From contig CAZJPJ010000005.1 in assembly GCA_964548205.1 (NCBI GenBank), positions 1,021 to 65,020 on the forward strand: a stretch of DNA of 64,000 nt. The letters run 5' to 3'. The number at the start of each line of letters is the position of its first letter. Position 1 is the first letter of the stretch. The position numbers were made by a program, and so were the translations under genes. Below the pieces are notes generated by a model. The model was given only the letters and a program-made list of their open reading frames with translations, did not search any database and was not told the origin of the DNA. The stretch comes from an uncultured Candidatus Saccharibacteria bacterium (GTDB lineage Bacteria; Patescibacteriota; Minisyncoccia; Phycocordibacterales; WO2-35-19). Below are positions 28,943-39,203 of this stretch, one piece after another.

Positions 28943-30266
28943 AGATATATCAAAAATAATATCTATCATTTCTACGGAAAAAAAGTATCCGAATTTTCCC
29001 TATGATGACTCTAAGTTGAAATCAGATATTACAAAATTGCTTGCCCAATTGGGGCTTGATCCGATAAATCCATTTGGAGACTATGTAAAAAAGGGAGGCA
29101 CGGTCCTCATTAAGCCAAATTGGGTTAGGGATTATAATCCAAAGGGAAACTTTGATTGTCTTGTGACTCACACTTCAATAATAAAAAACATAATGGAGCT
29201 ACTCGTCACTGCTCTTCAAGGGCAAGGTAGGATAATAATAGGTGATGCCCCTCTTCAAAATTGCAATTTTGATAATTTGATAAAAATATCGGGCTTTATA
29301 GATGTTGTAGATATTTTTAAATCGAGAAACCCAGGTATTGAAATAATTGTTGAAGATTGGAGGCTAACCCTCCTTAAAAGTTCTGATTCTTCAGATTCTA
29401 TTGCCCAGATTCAAAGAATGACCGAGGAAGCGTCATCCCAAAGGTACTCTTTGATAGATTTGGCAGAAGAAAGTTTTCTTGAAGATATTTCAGATAAGTC
29501 TGATCGTTTTCGTGTTACAAAATACAAACCAAGCTTACTTAAAAAGCATCACTCTAAAGGCAAGCACGAGTACTTGGTAACAAAACGTATTTTTGAAGTC
29601 GATTTTGTTATCAATCTTCCGAAACTGAAAACTCATATAAAAGCTGGTATCACTGGAGCTCTAAAAAATTTGGTAGGCATAAATGGTCATAAGGAGTTTC
29701 TGCCTCACCATATAAAAGGATCGAGCGAAGAAGGGGGAGACAATTATAAATACAAAAATTATTTTAGAGCCAAGTACGAAGATTTGTATGATTATCTGTG
29801 GGAGAATTTCAACAACATATCTGTGTGGAAACGCAGAGTTTTGATAAAGCTTGTTAGGGTGTTGGAATCTTTGTCTGTAATATTTGGAAAAGAAGCTATA
29901 ACCGCTGGAAGTTGGTCAGGTAATGATACTATCTGGCGTACTACTCTAGATCTGAATCACATACTTTACTTCAAGGGTAAACCAAAAAAAGTTTTAAATA
30001 TTGTCGATGGCGTGATCGCAGGAGAAGGGGATGGTCCGTTAGAACCTCTACCAAAACCTGTTGGTGTTTTGATTGCAGGCGAGAATCCCGCTTTGGTTGA
30101 TGCCGCTGTGTCTAAGCTTGTTGGTTATAAAATAGAAAATATCAAAACTGTCAGTAATGCTCTTTATAATGAAAAATCAAAATTCAGAATTTCCCCTAAA
30201 GAGGTAAGTGAAATGATAGATAGTCTACCTGTTTTTGATTTTAAGAAACCAAAATACTGGCAATAG
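28932..30266 (+). CDS. DUF362 domain protein
   Basis: VLIKPNWV...VTHTSII...GDAP...INLPKLKTHIKAGITGALKNLVGI fits the DUF362 pattern. Start placed at MQNKD (ATG overlapping the upstream stop) rather than 28902. Confidence 0.5.
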   Translation: MQNKDISKIISIISTEKKYPNFPYDDSKLKSDITKLLAQLGLDPINPFGDYVKKGGTVLIKPNWVRDYNPKGNFDCLVTHTSIIKNIMELLVTALQGQGRIIIGDAPLQNCNFDNLIKISGFIDVVDIFKSRNPGIEIIVEDWRLTLLKSSDSSDSIAQIQRMTEEASSQRYSLIDLAEESFLEDISDKSDRFRVTKYKPSLLKKHHSKGKHEYLVTKRIFEVDFVINLPKLKTHIKAGITGALKNLVGINGHKEFLPHHIKGSSEEGGDNYKYKNYFRAKYEDLYDYLWENFNNISVWKRRVLIKLVRVLESLSVIFGKEAITAGSWSGNDTIWRTTLDLNHILYFKGKPKKVLNIVDGVIAGEGDGPLEPLPKPVGVLIAGENPALVDAAVSKLVGYKIENIKTVSNALYNEKSKFRISPKEVSEMIDSLPVFDFKKPKYWQ

Positions 30267-31084
30267 TGATGATAAGTTTAAGTATAATCATACCGACATA
30301 CAAACGCCCAGAGCTTCTCAAAAGGTGTTTAATGAGTGTGGTCAAAGAAAGAGGAGATTTCGAAATATTCGTTATAGACGATGCCTCGAATGATACCACA
30401 GAAGAAGTGGTAAGGAGCCTAAATGACGAAAGAATAGTATACCTTCTTCAGGATAAAAATAGGGGAGTAAACGCCGCTAGGAACAGAGCCATTGGTCTTT
30501 CAAAAAGCGAATGGGTTTTTTGCCTAGATGACGATGATGAGTTATTGCCCGGGGCCATAGATTTGATAAGTAAGAGACTGTCAGAAATGCCTCAAAATTA
30601 TAATGTTGCTTACTTTAATTCAAAAATTAAACGAGATGCTGGTGATTTGATTGGCGGATTCCAGTTTGGTGCCGAAAACTTTTTTGATCCAAGTTACCTT
30701 GAGACTATGACAAAGTATAACCTTAAAGGTGATTGCAAGCCTGCATTCAGGAAGGTTTTGTTTGACAATCAAAGATATAAGTTTCCAGAATCGGTTAATG
30801 GTTTCGAATCTTATACTATGAATATAATAGCTAAAGACAATAAAGGTATTAGGTATTGGAAAGATGTGGTCACTCTTATTCATCAAGAGAGTGCTCTAAT
30901 AGACCGCCTTAGTGTCACTGCTTCCAAGAAAAATCCTTGGCCGCTTCTTGTGCTTCATGTAAAGCAGCTATTTGAACATTTTATTTTTTATACAAAAAAA
31001 CCTATCTTTTTATACAAAAAAATAAAAGACATCATAAAACTTTTGGTGAGGTCTTTGTTTTCTTTGTTCGGTATCAGGTGGTAG
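30266..31084 (+). CDS. Glycosyltransferase, GT2 family
   Basis: LSIIIPTYKRPELL...VIDDASND...CLDDDDEL (DxD) GT-A signature. Confidence 0.75.
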   Translation: MMISLSIIIPTYKRPELLKRCLMSVVKERGDFEIFVIDDASNDTTEEVVRSLNDERIVYLLQDKNRGVNAARNRAIGLSKSEWVFCLDDDDELLPGAIDLISKRLSEMPQNYNVAYFNSKIKRDAGDLIGGFQFGAENFFDPSYLETMTKYNLKGDCKPAFRKVLFDNQRYKFPESVNGFESYTMNIIAKDNKGIRYWKDVVTLIHQESALIDRLSVTASKKNPWPLLVLHVKQLFEHFIFYTKKPIFLYKKIKDIIKLLVRSLFSLFGIRW

Positions 31085-32327
31085 CTTTTCTTTCTAGGCC
31101 ATAGCTAAGCGCCAAAGAAAAACCGTTGCCTATAATCCTACTCACTATAAGTCCCCATATGCTGAAAAAATATGCTCCAGCTATCATAATTGAAATGTTG
31201 AATAGCGGGTTCGCGATGTTGTAAGTGTATATTTTTGTTGACTTAGAAGCAAACATGAAAGATACAACAAAACTAGTAGTCGCGGATATGGCGGCTGCTA
31301 GGACATAGACTTGAGAGTAGGGTGCTGATTCTATGTATTCTGGGAATAAAAATTTGTATACAAAGGGAGCAAGTAGTATATAGATTATCGCAAAACCTAA
31401 AGAAAAAATAAGAAGTCTGGATATTTTGTTTCCAATTTGAGATCTAAAATCATCATGGTTTGCTACTGACATTTTCGGCATAGCCACTGTCGATATCGGT
31501 CTTATTAGGCTGATGAATTTTTCTGGAATATTTGAAGCAAAAGCGTATATAGCTAGATCTGAGGCCCCAAGTAGATGGAACACTAAGATATTATCAATAT
31601 GGAGGGATATTAGGGGCAAAATGCTCGATAGGCTAAGTTTTTTTCCATAATCTATAGAACTTTCTTCTTCCAAGTTGTTAGAAACATATTTATTATTTAC
31701 TCTCAAATATATAAGAATATTTATGATTGTAGAGGAGAGATAATTTACTATAACCAAAGCTGTAGTTTGTGGAAAAATGATTATACAGGCAAACATCATC
31801 GAATGGTAAAATACGCTTGAAATCTGTCCTAGTGAAAAGGTGGCGGAGAATTCTTTTTTCCCAGACAAAAAAGCTGACCAAGTATTGAAAGCACTTCCTA
31901 TTGGTATTAGGATGGCTATAGCAATAAGGGAATAAGACAGAGAAGTATTTTCATTCAAAAGATAATAAAGAGATGCCGCTAGACCAACTACAAGTGGTAT
32001 AACTCCGTATTTTAATTGTATAAAGACCGATCTTTTTAAGATACCATCATATCCTCTAGCGACAGCTTGTGTAACTGCTGCATTCATGCCGGTTAGCGTC
32101 AAAGTGCCTATGACAGAAGCAAAAGATATAAGAAACTGGTAATTACCATATATTTCTTTTGAAACATATTGAGCAAATAATATAGAAAGGACCAATGAAA
32201 AAGCGCTAGAAATTATGGTATTCAAATTGAGCCAAAAACTGTTCTTTAGAAGATAGACCATATCTGTCTTGGTATATTTTTCGCTCCAACGTAAGAGGTT
32301 ATAAAACTTGTTTTTCATTAGTATCAA
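31074..32327 (-). CDS. Oligosaccharide flippase (Wzx / MOP superfamily polysaccharide biosynthesis protein)
   Basis: About 12 TM helices. Size and hydropathy match Wzx. Sits in the glycan cluster next to the ligase-like gene. Confidence 0.6.
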   Translation of the reverse strand: MILMKNKFYNLLRWSEKYTKTDMVYLLKNSFWLNLNTIISSAFSLVLSILFAQYVSKEIYGNYQFLISFASVIGTLTLTGMNAAVTQAVARGYDGILKRSVFIQLKYGVIPLVVGLAASLYYLLNENTSLSYSLIAIAILIPIGSAFNTWSAFLSGKKEFSATFSLGQISSVFYHSMMFACIIIFPQTTALVIVNYLSSTIINILIYLRVNNKYVSNNLEEESSIDYGKKLSLSSILPLISLHIDNILVFHLLGASDLAIYAFASNIPEKFISLIRPISTVAMPKMSVANHDDFRSQIGNKISRLLIFSLGFAIIYILLAPFVYKFLFPEYIESAPYSQVYVLAAAISATTSFVVSFMFASKSTKIYTYNIANPLFNISIMIAGAYFFSIWGLIVSRIIGNGFSLALSYGLERKATT

Positions 32328-32348
32328 ATATATGGTATTATACCTGTC

Positions 32349-34547
32349 ATGTCTAACAAGTTGCTGAAGGCTGTAGTAATGGTAGGGCTTTTTGCCATAC
32401 CATTTGTGCCACTTATTATAACTAAGTCTTTGTTTTTCCCTTTTATCACTGGTAAGGCTTTTGTCTTCAGGTTGATTGTAGAAATAATATTTGCCGCTTG
32501 GATAATATTGGCGATCAGGGATTCTGAGTACAGATTAAAATTTTCTTGGATTAGTGGCGCACTGCTTCTTTTTCTTGTGACTATTGGTGTTGCTAATGTT
32601 TTTAGCGAGAACCCTTTCAAAAGTTTTTGGAGCAACTATGAACGCATGGAGGGTTTTCTCGGGCTTTTGCATTTCGTGGGCTATTTTGTGGTGGCTGGGA
32701 CAGTGCTTAAAGACCAAAAAATTTGGGATAAGTTGTTCATGACAAATCTTTTAGCCAGTGCTGTCGTTGCTATATATTCTTTCTTCCAACTTGCAGGTAA
32801 AATCGCTATTAACCAAGGAGGAGTGAGAGTTGACGGTACTTTTGGTAACGCAGGCTACCTGGGTATCTATATGGTTTTTCAAATATTTATAGCAGCCCTA
32901 CTACTTTTGCGACAAAGGCCAAGCTATCAGAAGTATTTAATAGGACTCGTAGGATTGATGAATTTGAGCGTTCTATATTTCACTGCTACTAGAGGCGCCA
33001 TTATAGGTTTTGGTTTTGGTGTATTTGTTACTCTACTTATTTTGATTGCCAGGGCAGAGAGAGGTACCAAGATAAAAAAATGGGGAATCGGCGCTATCGC
33101 CACAGGTGTCTTCTTAATCGGAATATTTGTAGCAATACGCAACACTTCGTTTGTCCAGAATAGTCCGGTTCTCACTAGGTTTGCCAATTCATCTTTGAGT
33201 GAAATTAAGACACAGGGTAGGTATTTTGTTTGGCCGATGGCCATAAATGGTTTTGTAGAGAGGCCAGTATTTGGTTGGGGCCAAGAAAGTTTCAACTATG
33301 TTTTTAATAAGTATTATGACCCTCGGATGTACAATCAGGAGCCTTGGTTCGATAGAACTCATAATACTATTCTTGATTGGGCTATTGCTGGAGGAGCTTT
33401 GGGTGCTCTGTCTTATCTTTCTATCTGGGGAGCACTTGGCTACTATTTGTTTAGCAAAAAAAACCAGTTGTTTGAAGATAAAAGAGAACAAGCTTTGATA
33501 TTTGGGCTCCTATCTGCTTATTTTCTAAATAACATATTTGTTTTCGATCAGATAGGTAGCTACATCATGTTTATGTTGGTTTTGGCCTATGTCCACCATG
33601 CTACCGATACAGGATCTGTTGGTATTTGGCGCAAACTCTCGCTCTCGATTCGTAAGACTTTTGATTCTGAAAGTAAAAGATCGATAGCAGAATCAGTGGT
33701 GGTGCTTTTGTTTGTTGCTGCTCTTTATTTCTTCAATTTTCTACCTTGGCAACAAAACAAGCAAATAATGGCAGCACTTCAAGCAAATGCTTCCTCTGAT
33801 CTCTCAGCTCCAGAAGTGTTTGGTGCACCTCTTAAAGATTATAGTATGGGATTTCCAGAAGCTTTGGAGCACACTTCTCAGGTGGCTATAGCATTATCTA
33901 TGAATCAAAGTGTGCCAGCAGATTTGAAGTTGGAGCTATTTGAATCTATAGATAAAGCGTTCTTGGCCCAACTTGAAAAAGTGCCAAACGATGCAAGATA
34001 TAGATTGTTCTACGGCATCTTTCTTTCTCGTTATGGTTGGTATGGTAGAGCTGTAGAGCAGTTGAATATAGCGAGGGAATTATCTCCAAAGAAACAGGGA
34101 ATACTGTTTGAGCTTTCTTCGAACCTGCTTCTTGATGGTAAGGTCAAAGAATCTGCTGCTGTCGCCAAAGAAGCATACATGTTAGAACCAAATTACAAAG
34201 AGGCAAGAATAATATATGGCCTGACCTCGCTTGCTGCAGGAGACACTATAGCCTCAAAAGAAGCTTTTGAAGGTATAAGTGAATCAGAGCTAATTTTTGA
34301 TGACAGATATATGACCGTCCTGCTTTCATTGCAAAGATATTCTGAGATAGTAAGTGTTGCGAAAAGACGAATAGCTCTCGATCCAAGCAATATAAACCAC
34401 TATATAACTTTAACCGCAGCTTATTTGCAGGCGGGGGACAGGGCAGGAGCTGTAAGAACGCTAAGAGAAGTGATATCTCTCGACCCGTCTTTTAAAGAAA
34501 GAGGTGAGTACTATATAAATGAAATCCAAGCCGGTAGAAACCCCTAA
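32349..34547 (+). CDS. O-antigen ligase-like (Wzy_C) polytopic membrane protein with C-terminal TPR-repeat domain
   Basis: N-terminal ~420 aa with 10-12 TM helices and Wzy_C-like loop (...ATRGAIIGFGFGVF...). C-terminal ~250 aa of TPR-like repeats (...YKEARIIYGLTSLAAGD...). Confidence 0.6.
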   Translation: MSNKLLKAVVMVGLFAIPFVPLIITKSLFFPFITGKAFVFRLIVEIIFAAWIILAIRDSEYRLKFSWISGALLLFLVTIGVANVFSENPFKSFWSNYERMEGFLGLLHFVGYFVVAGTVLKDQKIWDKLFMTNLLASAVVAIYSFFQLAGKIAINQGGVRVDGTFGNAGYLGIYMVFQIFIAALLLLRQRPSYQKYLIGLVGLMNLSVLYFTATRGAIIGFGFGVFVTLLILIARAERGTKIKKWGIGAIATGVFLIGIFVAIRNTSFVQNSPVLTRFANSSLSEIKTQGRYFVWPMAINGFVERPVFGWGQESFNYVFNKYYDPRMYNQEPWFDRTHNTILDWAIAGGALGALSYLSIWGALGYYLFSKKNQLFEDKREQALIFGLLSAYFLNNIFVFDQIGSYIMFMLVLAYVHHATDTGSVGIWRKLSLSIRKTFDSESKRSIAESVVVLLFVAALYFFNFLPWQQNKQIMAALQANASSDLSAPEVFGAPLKDYSMGFPEALEHTSQVAIALSMNQSVPADLKLELFESIDKAFLAQLEKVPNDARYRLFYGIFLSRYGWYGRAVEQLNIARELSPKKQGILFELSSNLLLDGKVKESAAVAKEAYMLEPNYKEARIIYGLTSLAAGDTIASKEAFEGISESELIFDDRYMTVLLSLQRYSEIVSVAKRRIALDPSNINHYITLTAAYLQAGDRAGAVRTLREVISLDPSFKERGEYYINEIQAGRNP

Positions 34548-34647
34548 ATTCGGTTTTCCACAGCCTACTTGCAAAAAAACACGAAGTATGCTATACTTGA
34601 TGTGTGAGTGCGGTTATTGTTATATCCGCATCGAATATCTGCGAAAG

Positions 34648-34670
34648 GGCCCCTTTTAGGGGTTTTTTCG
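34648..34670 (+). terminator. Weak hairpin + T-tract (possible terminator)
   Basis: cccc-tttta-gggg followed by tttttt. Short stem, so low confidence. Confidence 0.3.
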
Positions 34671-35060
34671 TATAGAAACAAAAAAACCATGATGGGCTTG
34701 CGTGTCTATAACTTTTTTCTATAATAAGTATTGGAAAAAGTGTAGTAAAAAGTGTAGTTGTGTGGGTGACGGTTCGCACTCACATAGATGTTCAATTTGG
34801 AGATAGCTTCCGTCATCCGCACAAATACATTTTGAAAAAATAAAAAAATAATTTAGAAAATAAAAAAATGTTTTCTAAAAAATAAAAAGTTATCCACATT
34901 TTTTTTCTAAAAAATATTTACGAATAATTTTTTTAGAGAGATAATTATAGTAGGTCGATTACAGAGTGCGCACTAAAATCGCTCTGAGATTTTAAAAAAA
35001 TTTAAGAGTCTCCAATTTAATCAAAATTTTTTTTACAAAAAATTTTGAAACAAAAATAAA

Positions 35061-35144
35061 ATGGCTACAAAGAAAAAGACAACTAAGAAGAAGGCTGCTC
35101 CTAAGAAGAAAGCAGCTAAGAAAACTTCAAAGAAGAGAGCGTAA
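35061..35144 (+). CDS. 27-aa highly basic Lys/Ala-rich peptide (MATKKKTTKKKAAPKKKAAKKTSKKRA), hypothetical
   Basis: ATG...TAA ORF absent from the track (<60 aa). Sits alone in a 690-bp AT-rich intergenic region. A strong terminator follows immediately. Confidence 0.35.
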   Translation: MATKKKTTKKKAAPKKKAAKKTSKKRA

Positions 35145-35165
35145 TATACTCTTTTCCCACTTAAA

Positions 35166-35203
35166 CAAAAATCCTTCGTTTCATACGAAGGATTTTTGTT
35201 TAT
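35166..35203 (+). terminator. Rho-independent terminator
   Basis: aaaaatccttcgt-ttcat-acgaaggattttt perfect 13-bp stem followed by tgttt. Confidence 0.75.
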
Positions 35204-35239
35204 GCACTACTTGTTTTTTTATGTTAATATGCCCCTGTC

Positions 35240-37684
35240 ATGGCATTTCTAGATAAGATTTTTGGGGATCCAAATGCGAAGGCTATTAAGGGCTATAAGC
35301 CTTTGGTGGAGAAGATAAATAGCCTGGAAGAAGGTCTTGAAAAACTTACAGATGATGAACTTAAGGCTAAGACTTCAGAGTTTCGAAAGCGTTTGGAAGA
35401 GGGCGTGACTTTGGACGACCTGCTACCAGAGGCATTTGCCGCTGTAAGAGAAGCCAGCAAGAGGACTTTGGGCCTGCGGCATTTTGATGTCCAACTTATT
35501 GGAGGTATTGCAATGCACAAAGGGGGAATTGCTGAGATGCGTACCGGAGAGGGAAAGACTTTGGTTGCCACACTGCCAGCATATCTCAATGCGCTTAGTG
35601 GTAGTGTCCATGTGGTGACGGTAAACGATTATCTAGCAAGGAGAGATGCGGTGTGGATGGGGCAGATATACAGCGCGCTCGGGTTGCAGGTGGCTGTTAT
35701 CGCGCACGAGGCATCTTTTTTGTATGATCCGACGATCAAAAATTCCAAATCACAAATTCCAAATAATACAGAAACTCAAAATCAAAATGACCAAAATACA
35801 GAGCTAGATAAGGAGAGAGATGAGAAAGGAAGCTTCCATGTGGTGCAAGAATTTTTGAGGTCAATCTCAAGAAAAGAGGCTTATAGAGCAGATATCACAT
35901 ATGGTACTAATAGTGAGTTTGGTTTTGATTATTTGCGCGACAATCTAGAGTATCGTAAAGAAAACATAAGACAACACGAGCACAACTTTGCCATCGTGGA
36001 CGAAATAGACTCGATACTTATCGATGAGGCTAGGACTCCACTCATTATATCTGCTCCGGCGGCAGACTCGGATCAGCTTTATACTAAGTTTGCTTCGATT
36101 GCTGAAAGATTGGAAAAAGACAAAGATTATGAAGTAGATGAGAAGTTGCATTCAGTACTTATAACGAACGATGGTATCAGTAGGGCCGAAAATCTTTTGG
36201 GTATAGATAATATATATACAGAGGGGGGTATCAAAATGGTGCACCATCTGGAAGTAGCCCTCAAAGCTAAGGCTCTATACCATAGAGATACTGAGTATGT
36301 AGTACGTCCGTCAGCTGATGGAGGGGAAATAGTGATAGTGGATACCTATACAGGTAGGTTGCAACCGGGTAGGAGATGGTCGGAAGGTTTGCATCAGGCT
36401 ATAGAAGCTAAAGAAGGTTTGAATATACAGAAAGAGTCAAAAACTTATGCTTCTATTACATATCAAAATTATTTTAGAATGTACAAGAAGCTTTCTGGTA
36501 TGACAGGTACAGCTGCTACTTCCAAGGAAGAGTTTTATAAAGTGTATGGTCTCGATACTTTGGTAGTGCCAACTAATAAACCGACTGCAAGGATAGACAA
36601 AAACGATCTTATTTTCCAAACAGAAAACGGTAAGCTCAAGGCTATTGCCAGAAAAGTGAAAGAGCTTCAGAAGAACGGTCAACCTGTACTCATAGGTACT
36701 GTCTCGATCGAGAACAATGAAATGTTGTCGCAATATTTGAAGACTGAAGGGGTGCAGTTTGAGATGCTTAATGCCAAAAACCACGAAAGAGAGGGAGAGA
36801 TCATAGCACAAGCTGGTAGAAAAGGGGCAGTGACAGTAGCTACCAACATGGCAGGTAGAGGGGTGGACATAAAACTTGGCGGCAATCCTGCTACAGCGGA
36901 AGAATATGAGGAAGTTAAAAATCTGGGAGGGTTATTTGTCTTGGGTACAGAAAGACATGACGCAAGGCGTATAGACAACCAATTGCGCGGAAGATCGGGA
37001 AGGCAGGGGGATCCGGGAGAAACGCAGTTTTTCGTCTCACTTGAAGATAGGATAATGAGAGTTTTTGCGGCTGATACTGTAAAGAATATGATGGGACGTC
37101 TTGGTCTCGCTGAGGATGAAGCAATTGAGAATAAGCTAATAACACGCTCACTTGAAAATGCTCAAGAGCGCATAGAGGGAATAAACTTCGATGCTAGAAA
37201 GCATGTGCTTGAGTATGACGATGTGCTCAATTTTCAACGTAAGACTTTTTATGAACGCAGAAGAAATATTTTGGAGAACGAAGAAGATGAGCAGAAGAGA
37301 GCAGTAAAGCTGCAGGTCAACGATATGTATTGGGTAGATCATCTTGAGACAATGGATTATCTGCGAAGTAGTGTAAACTTGCGAGCTTATGGTCAGAGGG
37401 ATCCGCTTGTGGAGTACAAAAAAGAAGGGTTAAGGCTTTTTAAGGACATGGAGGAGGCTATAAAAAATACAATCGAAGAAAATCTGAAGAAACTTGAAGA
37501 GCAACAGATAACTTTAGCCACGAGTGAAGTGCAAAAACAAGCAAACCTGATAACAAATGAAAATGTTTCAAATCCTGCATCTAGTAGCTCTTCTGTGACT
37601 TCTGGCCAGTATGCAAATGTTGGTCGTAATGACCCATGTCCATGTGGTAGTGGCAAAAAATTCAAAAAATGCCACGGGGCATAA
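35240..37684 (+). CDS. secA: Preprotein translocase ATPase SecA
   Basis: MAFLDKIFGDPNAKAIKGYKP N-terminus. DEAD-motor blocks (MRTGEGKTLVATLPAYLNAL, IVDEIDSILIDEARTPLIIS). C-terminal zinc finger CPCGSGKKFKKCHG. Confidence 0.95.
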   Translation: MAFLDKIFGDPNAKAIKGYKPLVEKINSLEEGLEKLTDDELKAKTSEFRKRLEEGVTLDDLLPEAFAAVREASKRTLGLRHFDVQLIGGIAMHKGGIAEMRTGEGKTLVATLPAYLNALSGSVHVVTVNDYLARRDAVWMGQIYSALGLQVAVIAHEASFLYDPTIKNSKSQIPNNTETQNQNDQNTELDKERDEKGSFHVVQEFLRSISRKEAYRADITYGTNSEFGFDYLRDNLEYRKENIRQHEHNFAIVDEIDSILIDEARTPLIISAPAADSDQLYTKFASIAERLEKDKDYEVDEKLHSVLITNDGISRAENLLGIDNIYTEGGIKMVHHLEVALKAKALYHRDTEYVVRPSADGGEIVIVDTYTGRLQPGRRWSEGLHQAIEAKEGLNIQKESKTYASITYQNYFRMYKKLSGMTGTAATSKEEFYKVYGLDTLVVPTNKPTARIDKNDLIFQTENGKLKAIARKVKELQKNGQPVLIGTVSIENNEMLSQYLKTEGVQFEMLNAKNHEREGEIIAQAGRKGAVTVATNMAGRGVDIKLGGNPATAEEYEEVKNLGGLFVLGTERHDARRIDNQLRGRSGRQGDPGETQFFVSLEDRIMRVFAADTVKNMMGRLGLAEDEAIENKLITRSLENAQERIEGINFDARKHVLEYDDVLNFQRKTFYERRRNILENEEDEQKRAVKLQVNDMYWVDHLETMDYLRSSVNLRAYGQRDPLVEYKKEGLRLFKDMEEAIKNTIEENLKKLEEQQITLATSEVQKQANLITNENVSNPASSSSSVTSGQYANVGRNDPCPCGSGKKFKKCHGA

Positions 37685-37760
37685 GCCTCATTTTCTCTAA
37701 ATTGTAGCGATGCATCGCTACAAAACGGTACTTTCTTTTTAGGTCAATTTTGGGTAAGCT

Positions 37761-38198
37761 GTGGATATGAATTGTCCGTATTGTACGTTGCCTGAAATAA
37801 AGGAAAGAAAAATAGTCGAAAACGAGTTAGCTTGGGCGTTTCCGACAAATATACCTATAACAATCGGGCACACTCTTGTGATACCCAAGAGACATGTTGC
37901 CAAATATGAAGAGCTAACAAATAAGGAAAGAGAAGCGTTAGAAGAGATAAGAGCCAAAATAGTAGTAGCACTTAAAAAGGGTTTTGATGCAGAGGGGTTT
38001 AATTATGCTTGGAACGAAGAGAAGCTTGCTGGGCAATCGGTACCACATTTTCATCTACATATTGTCCCAAGAAAAGAAGGTGATACTGGTATATATGAAT
38101 ACGAGCCACGCAAGTTTTTATATAGACCTGGAGAAAGGGGGATTTCTCTAGAAGAGGAGTTGAGAAAAGTGGCAGATATTATCAAAGCGAATATATGA
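37761..38198 (+). CDS. HIT-family (histidine triad) nucleotide hydrolase
   Basis: HFHLHIVPR histidine triad. N-terminal CPYC. Confidence 0.8.
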   Translation: MDMNCPYCTLPEIKERKIVENELAWAFPTNIPITIGHTLVIPKRHVAKYEELTNKEREALEEIRAKIVVALKKGFDAEGFNYAWNEEKLAGQSVPHFHLHIVPRKEGDTGIYEYEPRKFLYRPGERGISLEEELRKVADIIKANI

Positions 38199-38611
38199 AC
38201 GAAATAAAATTACAAGTAGGGGTGAAGGTATTTTTGAGGAATAGAGAGGGGAAGTTTTTGCTAGTACGTAGGAATACGGAGAAATATAAAAACGTAAGAG
38301 GTGAATGGGATATTGTAGGAGGTAGGATTGATCCCGGAAGCAAGCTATTAGATAATCTTATGAGAGAGGTAAAGGAGGAAACACAGCTTGTAATATTAAG
38401 TGAACCAAAACTATTATTTGCTCAAGATATAATACCTAATCCTGAAAGGCACATTGTTAGACTTACATATGTGGCTTACGGGGAAGGTGAACTAGTTTTG
38501 GATACTGAAGAAAATGATGAATACGAATGGCTTAGTTTGGAAGAGATGAAAAATAAAGAAGATTTGGATATTTATGTAAAGGAAATATTGGATTTGAATC
38601 TGGTGGAATAA
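38195..38611 (+). CDS. NUDIX hydrolase
   Basis: Nudix box GGRIDPGSKLLDNLMREVKEETQL (Gx5Ex7REVxEEtQ). Confidence 0.8.
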   Translation: MNEIKLQVGVKVFLRNREGKFLLVRRNTEKYKNVRGEWDIVGGRIDPGSKLLDNLMREVKEETQLVILSEPKLLFAQDIIPNPERHIVRLTYVAYGEGELVLDTEENDEYEWLSLEEMKNKEDLDIYVKEILDLNLVE

Positions 38612-38650
38612 TATGAAAAAAATACCTGAATTTGGGATAAAACGATAGAA

Positions 38651-39129
38651 TGAGGAAAGGAGAGACGGTGGTTGTGCTGTTGTGTTTGATCCAATCGGTA
38701 AAAAATTTGCTGTAAACAAATTTGAAAATGGACTCGGTCTAATATCTGGGGGGTCTTGATAAAGGAGAAGATATAGAGAGTGGGATCTTAAGAGAAGTGA
38801 CAGAAGAGAGTGGCTTGTATGATTTTGGGCATACTGAAAAGGTGGATGAGGCACTGACTCATTACTACAATATACTTAGGAGCGTGAATCGTGTGGCTCA
38901 TGCTACGTGTCTACTTATAATACTAAAAAGTACTGAAACAAAAAATGTTCATTTGGAAGAACATGAAAAATTTTCATTATGCTGGGCTGATCTAAATGAA
39001 ATTTTGGATAATTGGAATCTGCACAACGAAAATCATGACCATGACCACTGGATTTATTTTATGAAAAAAGCTGTTGCAAGGATCGAAGAGCTTGGCTACA
39101 GCACAGTCAGCAACTTACAACAATCCTAA
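38651..39129 (+). pseudogene. NUDIX hydrolase paralog disrupted by +1 frameshift at a G6 homopolymer (38748-38753)
   Basis: Frame c encodes ..DGGCAVVFDPIGKKFAVNKFENGLGLISGG then a stop. The next frame continues GLDKGEDIESGILREVTEESGL (complete Nudix box) into ORF 38797-39129. Start codon upstream is also unclear. Confidence 0.55.
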
Positions 39130-39203
39130 AAACTCATACTTTTTCACACATTATTTTGCTACGATCGTAGGAAAATAATGGGAGTCGATTTTTTATAAAA
39201 TTT

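Noticed and set aside
36437-36978. Antisense ORFs inside secA
   Set aside because: Opposite a high-confidence secA reading frame.
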